Shown: piece after piece, positions 58,118 through 64,000 of the stretch
How the letters are laid out: each line of letters starts with the position of its first letter
How positions within the stretch are numbered: the stretch's first letter is position 1
Origin: Protoeuglena noctilucae
Lineage: Eukaryota
NCBI GenBank assembly: GCA_958009085.1
Contig: OY253669.1
Span: forward strand, 124,001 to 188,000
Length of the DNA stretch: 64,000 bases
Direction: 5' to 3'
Translations under genes and position numbers: made by a program
Notes under the pieces: model-generated
The model's database searches: none
Told to the model about the DNA's origin: nothing
Seen by the model: the letters and a program-made list of their open reading frames with translations, nothing else

Positions 58118-61100
58118 ATGGATGGGGGGCAGCAGCTCGCGGCTCCAATGACTCCTGTGAGCCCGCAGGACTCTCTCGCGGAGAGGTGAGGCCTCGCATC
58201 CGCCCGGCCCTTGTGGTTTGTCCGCCTTGTCCGCCGCACACACGCGATGGCGTCCTCCACCCCGCCATCGCGGCGTAGTACACGAGTGATGGACGAGGCG
58301 GCTGCCTTGCACGAAGGCGCGCGACGATCGGCCGTCCCCGGCAGCTGCGTGCGTGCTTGGGGAGCATGTCGACCAAAAGCTCCACGCTTTGCGCAGGGCC
58401 ATGGACGGTCTGCAGGAGGCATTCGATTGGCAGGCGAACGGCAAGTCCGGCACGGCGAGCGCCGTCGCCAGGCTGTCTTTGCAGGACATTGCGTCGATGG
58501 TGAGGGCAAAGATTGTGGCCCCCGCCGCCGCCCGCGTTCCGTTTCCTCCGCTGTCCCGACCGCCCTCCTCTTCTTTGCTGTGGAAACGCATCGCCGGCCG
58601 CCTTCCGGCTCCGCAGGACGTCGGGGCGCTCGGCCAGAACTCCCGCCTGGCTGCGACTGCCAACGGCGCCCCGGGCGCGGCCCGCAGCGCCGGCTCGCCC
58701 CCGCAGTCCCAGCGACACGTCCCGCGCGGGTCGGTCCACGCGCACACCGCGCCACCCGGCTCGGTCCATCCCCCGGACACGCCGGGGCTGACACCAGTGC
58801 ATCCGGTGCACATGCGCTCTCTCCAGGCGGACACGCTCGACCCCGACGCCTCCTTCGCTTCCAACGCGGGCCGCAAAGAGCTCTCCCTCGCGCGCGAGCG
58901 CACCACCCTCGAGATCAACAGCGAGAACGTGCTGCGCGGGGAGATGACGCTGCAGCGCTTGCAGGCGAGTTGCCGTGCGGCTCCGTCGGGCGCCGCGCCA
59001 GGCGCTCGCCGGTGGGCCCTCGCGCGCGACCCGCCCGCGTGTCGCTTCTCGCGCAGATGGGGGAGCTGCGCGCGCAGATCGTCGAGCTGGACCGTCAGGT
59101 CCGCAGCCTGAAAGGGGAGCTGACGGTCAGCGAGCGCATGCGTTTCGCGCTCATGTGCGCGAGCCAGGGCCGCATGATGGAGGCCCGGCAGGCCATGGCG
59201 CCGCTGGACCGCGAGCTGCGTCGGCTCCAAAAGGCGCGCCAGGAATCGGAAGCGGCGCTGGAGGAGCTGCGGGAGTCGTCGGAGCGGAGCAAAGCGGAGC
59301 GCGAGCGGGCCGTGGGGGACCTGCAGCGGGTGCTGGCCACGCGGGAGGAGGACGTGGCGTCGGTCGCCCGGGAGTACGAGGGTCGCGTCGCGCAGCTGCA
59401 GGGAGAGGTGGCGAGGCTGCAGGGCGAGCTGGCGCACCGGGTGAGGCGGCGACGACGACGATGCCCCGCTGTCGTTCCATTCTTCGCTCTCATTCGCCTT
59501 GGGGACCCACTTCACCGCTCGCTTGATGCCGCGAATGGCAGCCGTGGGTGCAGACCCTCCCGGCGCTCCCTTCCCCGGCATTTTGTTCATATTTCTGCTG
59601 CTGCGCGCAGGACAACGAGATCCGCGGCATCGCCGACCGCACGGCCCTCGAGGCCACGCGGCAGGCCATGGAGGAGCTGCAGCGGGAGCGCGAGGAGCGG
59701 CATCGCGAGTCCAAGGACCTGGCGGCCAAGGTGAGGGATGGGAGACTGGAGAGAGGCAGTGAGAGTGAGTGCCAGTACCTGGCGGCTAAGGTGAGCCACG
59801 GGCAGACTGGAGAGAGACCATGGGCGTAAGATAGGTAGAATGCCTGCCCGCCGCGATGATGGTAGCGTTTGGGCTCAAACCCACACCCCACCCCTGCCTG
59901 GCCCCTCCCATGCGAACCGCCCAGCCCTGCGTCGTCGGCCCCAGTACCAAGCCCAGATGCGCGAGCAGCGTGCGCACAGCGACAGGCTGCTGGAGGAGGC
60001 CCGGAAAGAGATGGAGGAGGTGCGGAGGGCCAAGGACGAGGAGGTGGCGTCCCTGAGGGAGGCCCACGCGAGGGCGGCGCGGGAGGCGGCAGCCAAGCAC
60101 GAGAGGGAGATGGAGGAAGAGGCCGAGAAGGCCGCCATGATACGGTGCGTTGAGAGAGATGGGATGGGTGTTGGTAGCACGCGGATCTGTGGCGCTGGCC
60201 GGGTTTTTCGTGGCACTGGAAGCGGCGCTGGCTGCCTCGATTCGCGTTCGCTTCCCTGCTTCTCACTTGCGTCTGTCACTTGTGTCTTTCTTTCGTCATA
60301 CACTTATGTCTCACTTGCTTCTCACTTGCATCTTTGTGCTCCGTTCCACCCAGGCGCGAGGCGGCCCAGCGGTACGAGGCCCTGGTGAAGGAGGAGCGGG
60401 AGCGGTGGCAGGCCCGCGCCGAGCGCGCCGAGGCGGAGATCGACCGCGTGCGGCGCGAGGAGGCGCAGCGGTCGGAGGAGGACGCGCGGGCGGTGCGGGA
60501 GGCGGCGACCAGGGAGAAGGAACTGGCACTGGCGCGGGTGAGGGGTGGGAGCGGTGGGGTTTGGTGGGGTGGGGATTGATACGGAGCGGTCAAGTGTGTG
60601 AGGGGCTGGAGATGGAGAGCAGGGGTGCAGGGGTGCAGGGCTTGGGAGGTCTTGAGATAGTGGAGAGAGGGAAACAGGAGGTGATGCATTGCTTGTACGT
60701 GTGCCACCCCACAGGTGCGTGAGGAGGCGGAGGATGCGATCGACGCCGAGCGCCGTGCGGCGGAGGAGCTGCGCCGGGAGCACGAACGTGAGGTGCGGCA
60801 GCTGAAGGAGCGGTACGAGGGCGCGCTGCGAGACATGGAGGCAGCGCTGAGACGGCGGGCGGAGGAGGTGGTGGGGTCGCTGGAGGGGCAGCACCGGGGC
60901 GAGGTGGAGGCGCTGCGGGCGCGGCTGGAGGCGGGGGAGGGCGCGCGGGAGCGAAGGCTGGTGGCCGAGCTCGAGACCGAGCGGGCGCGCAACCGGGAGC
61001 TGGCGGCCGAGGTGGCGGCCGTGTCGGGGCAGTTCCGGTGGCAGGTCGACGCGCTGCGGGCCCAGGTGCGGGGGGCAGGGTGGGGCGGGGTCAGGCTTAG

Positions 61101-63412
61101 CATGCAGATGCCAGGGCAGGGCGGGTGCAGATACATGCGCTAGGCGGCCGGGCGTAAGCAAGCTGAAAGGCATGCCGAGGCATCCTGTGCATCGACCCAT
61201 CGCTGCTTGTTGTCGGCGTGGCGTGCAGGTGGAGGAGGAGCGCGCGGCTGCCGAGCGGGAGCTTCAGCAGTCGCGGCAGCGGGTGGAGAGCGAGGTGGCG
61301 CGGAGCCTGTCAGACAAAACGGCTCCCCTGCAAGCCGACGTGGCCCGGCTGGAAACGGAGGCGGCCATGCTGAGGCACCGGCTGGAGCAACAGGTGCCCG
61401 CTCGGGGCTGCCGGCGTCCATAGCCTGGACTGGCCCCATGTGTTCTGTCGTTCAAGTCGTCGCACTAGTTCAAGTCGTCGCAAGAAGGCATGGAAACCCT
61501 TTACTGGTACCATGACACGGCCTATGTGATCTCTGTTAACTGCAGGAGCAGCGTGCCAAGGACCATTACGAGGCAGAGCTGGGCCGCGTGCGCGTGGAGC
61601 ACCAGACGGTCGTCGCAGAGATGCGCAGGGCTCAGGGGGCGCTGGAGGGGCAGCTCAAGGCGGCCAAGCAGAGGTGAGCGCACGCGCGCTGGGCATGCCG
61701 GTCTGGGATGCGCATGGGCCTTTTGGATAAACAGCACAGCAGCCCCTGTGTCCACTCCAGCCGCATTGCCGTCAAGCCCTCGTTGCCATGTGTCCGACGC
61801 AAACAACCAGCACGTATAGCTACCTCCACTGCCAGGTGTCAACCTCGCCCCCACCGCTTCTTTCCCAGGCTTGCGGACGAGGCGGCGGCGGTGGAGGAGC
61901 GACTGGTCAGGGAGCGCCGGGAGGCTCAGGAGGCAATGCAGGAGCAGGAGAGGGGCTTCATGGACCGCGTGAGGGGCTACGAGCGGGAGATCGAGCAGCT
62001 GAGGGAGGAGGCGCGGGAGAGGATCGGGAGGTCCGGGTCCCAGGCAAGGGTAGCAGTGGAGGTTGCGGCATGAAGTGATACCGATACGGCAGCTGAGCAT
62101 GAAACTGAGACACCTCTCCTTGCCCTCGTGTCGCAGGCGAGGGAGGAGATCGATCGGGTGCTGCGGTCGGCGTCGGCGGAGTCCGAGCGGCTGCGGCGCG
62201 ACGCGGACGGCCTGCGCGGGCGGCTGCGGGAGGCGGAGGACGCGCTCGCCTCCGCGCGGGAGGACGCGTCCCGCCGCGCCGAGCGCGTCCGCGTCCTCGA
62301 GGAGGAGCTGCGGAGGAGCGGGGACGACCTGGCGGCAGCCTATGAGGCCGTGCGCAGGCACCGTGCCGAGCAGGCCGCGTACCGGGAGGTCGCCGAGCGC
62401 GCCGAGATGCTCCAGATGGAGCTGGGGGCGGCGCGGGCGGCCCTCGCGGACGCGCAGGAGCGGCTGGCGCGGTCGGGCGCGGGGGCCATCGGGCGCCGGG
62501 GGACCCCCAAGTGGGCGCTCCCCGGCGACGACGTGGGCTACACCGACCAGTACGAGGCGCACCGGGGCGGGCTGCCCGTCTACCCGCGCTTCTCCCCGGA
62601 GCGGTAAGGGCGCGCTGGGGCCGCGGTATGGCTGCAGGGGCAGGGGGGTTGACGGGATTGCTTAGCGCATCACAGTCCAGGCCCACCCCATGGTGTTTGG
62701 AAATAGATGGCATGTGACATACCATCTGTTGATGCAGAGCGTGAACGTGACGCCTCGCTGCCCACTTGATTGCGCAGGACTCGCGGCACGCGGGACGACG
62801 AGCCGGGACCGACGCCGCGGTCGGCGGGGCCCAAGCGTGAGGCTAATGCGGAGGCAGCCGCATCGCCTTCCGGGCGTATGGCCGGCGGGGGCCCCCGGAA
62901 CCCCGCGACGCGGAGCCCGTCGGGCCTGCACACGATCGTGCTGGCCAAGGACGCTTTAGGAGTGCGGTGAGTCACGACTGACGTGCACTGCACTGCTGCT
63001 TTTCTGATGCTGTCTGAGAACGCCTGCCCCATCTCCCTCGCAATCGCAAGGGACGTCGCGTCATGTCTTCTATGCATGGGGCTCTCACAGATTCGACGTG
63101 TTGGCTGGACATGGCTCTTAAGTGCATGTCTAATCATGCGCCTGCCCCACCCCTCGCCGCAGGATGGTAGGCGCCTCGCCCCCCAAACGAGAGCAGGCCA
63201 AGATCGAAGAGGAGATGGAAGAGGAGGCGGGGCCGGTTGCACCCCGGCCGCACCGCGTGGCAGCGTCGCCTCTGCGTGGGGCAACGGCGGTGTCAGGCTC
63301 CCCAGGGCAGCGGCACCTGCTGCTGCCCGGCGGCTGGGTGACGGACTATGGCGACGGCATAAGCGTGCCGGACCGGCGGGGGTACGCTTTGGGGGAGCTG
63401 GAGCGGCCGTGA
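58118..63412 (+). CDS. Large multi-exon E/R/A-rich coiled-coil protein, function unknown
   Basis: More than 10 coiled-coil exons joined in frame by GT-AG and GC-AG introns (e.g. 59057-59440, 59611-59730, 60716-61065, 62137-62603); terminal exon ends ELERP* at 63412. 5' end uncertain. Confidence 0.7.
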
Positions 63413-63626
63413 CGGCCGCGTCGGTAGCCCATACGCGACACACAACACATGCTTGCCACATCGCTTGCGATTTCCCTCCCTCGCTGCATGCCCTTGTGTC
63501 CCTCAAGCGCTGCTCAATTTAATGGCTGCGCGATGGTTCCTACATCAACAGGCGTCTAATGAGACGGAGATCGGGACGCGTTGCGTCTCACCGAAGCGCC
63601 TCGCGACGGGTGCGGGTGCGGGCGGC

Positions 63627-64000
63627 TCAGCGGCGGTTGTCGCGGCGGTCGTCGCGGCGGCGGCGCTGCTGCTCCTGCTCCATGAGGATGACGAGGAGGC
63701 GGATGAAGATGCTCAGCACGTCCGTGAAGAGCTGCATGGCGTCCTTGATCACGCGAGTGGAGAAGGCGTCCGGGACGTGGGACTCCTCGGCGCGGGCGAT
63801 GATGAGCTGCGTGTCGAAGAGAACGTACCCTGCGAGCAAAGCGAGTCGCGTGGGTGGGTTGCGCAGCAGCATCGCAAGACACCAACCAGGCACCCAATCA
63901 TGCACGTGTTGTCAGTCATCTTCCAAGGCCCCGCGGGTGCCGGGACCCGCGCGCCCGCCGCGATGCCGAGGTCGTGCGGCGCTCACCCATGAAGACGGCC
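63627..64000 (-). CDS. 3' end of Bax inhibitor-1 (TMBIM6) gene; continues beyond the window
   Basis: GYVLFDTQLII..LFTDVLSIFIRLLVILM followed by a charged tail EQEQQRRRRDDRR. Confidence 0.88.

Noticed and set aside
62050..62110. Possible echo gatacggcagctgag of exon sequence gatcgagcagctgag
   Set aside because: Too short and not anchored at the splice junction.

Overview
Eukaryotic, very GC-rich, intron-rich and gene-dense nuclear DNA, most likely from a flagellated green alga. This is inferred from EFL instead of EF-1A, plastid CCS1 and starch synthase, a nuclear mitochondrial rps19, and CEP295-like and LRRC72-like genes. About 24 spliced genes can be reconstructed by eye, many in head-to-head pairs: SRRM1-like PWI protein, CCS1, EFL, a divergent TFIIB, a low-complexity Gly/Met/RS protein, an RBP45/47-like 3xRRM protein, CEP295-like, GET1, mitochondrial uS19, cytosolic AspRS, NifS/SCLY-like, CutA, RABL3/LIP1-like GTPase, YciI, SIMPL/DUF541, an SS4/SS6-type starch synthase, a small MGCxxS protein, LRRC72-like, LTO1, ProDH, a dual-specificity phosphatase, a large coiled-coil protein and the 3' end of BI-1. 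No rRNA, tRNA or CRISPR array was seen. There is a 200-N gap at 7936-8135. The most unusual signals are in gene structure. (1) Several long introns carry 'echo' copies of the adjacent exon end plus its splice site, at both donor and acceptor sides, and several echoes differ from the exon mostly at synonymous positions. (2) GC-AG introns are very frequent (5 of 8 in AspRS). (3) Long introns show G-rich-5'/C-rich-3' polarity. (4) An ~870-bp duplication of the LTO1/ProDH intergenic (putative bidirectional promoter) region flanks a 1.5-kb degenerate insert. All gene models and family calls come from manual translation and motif recall; no database searches were run, and exon boundaries and starts are approximate unless stated.
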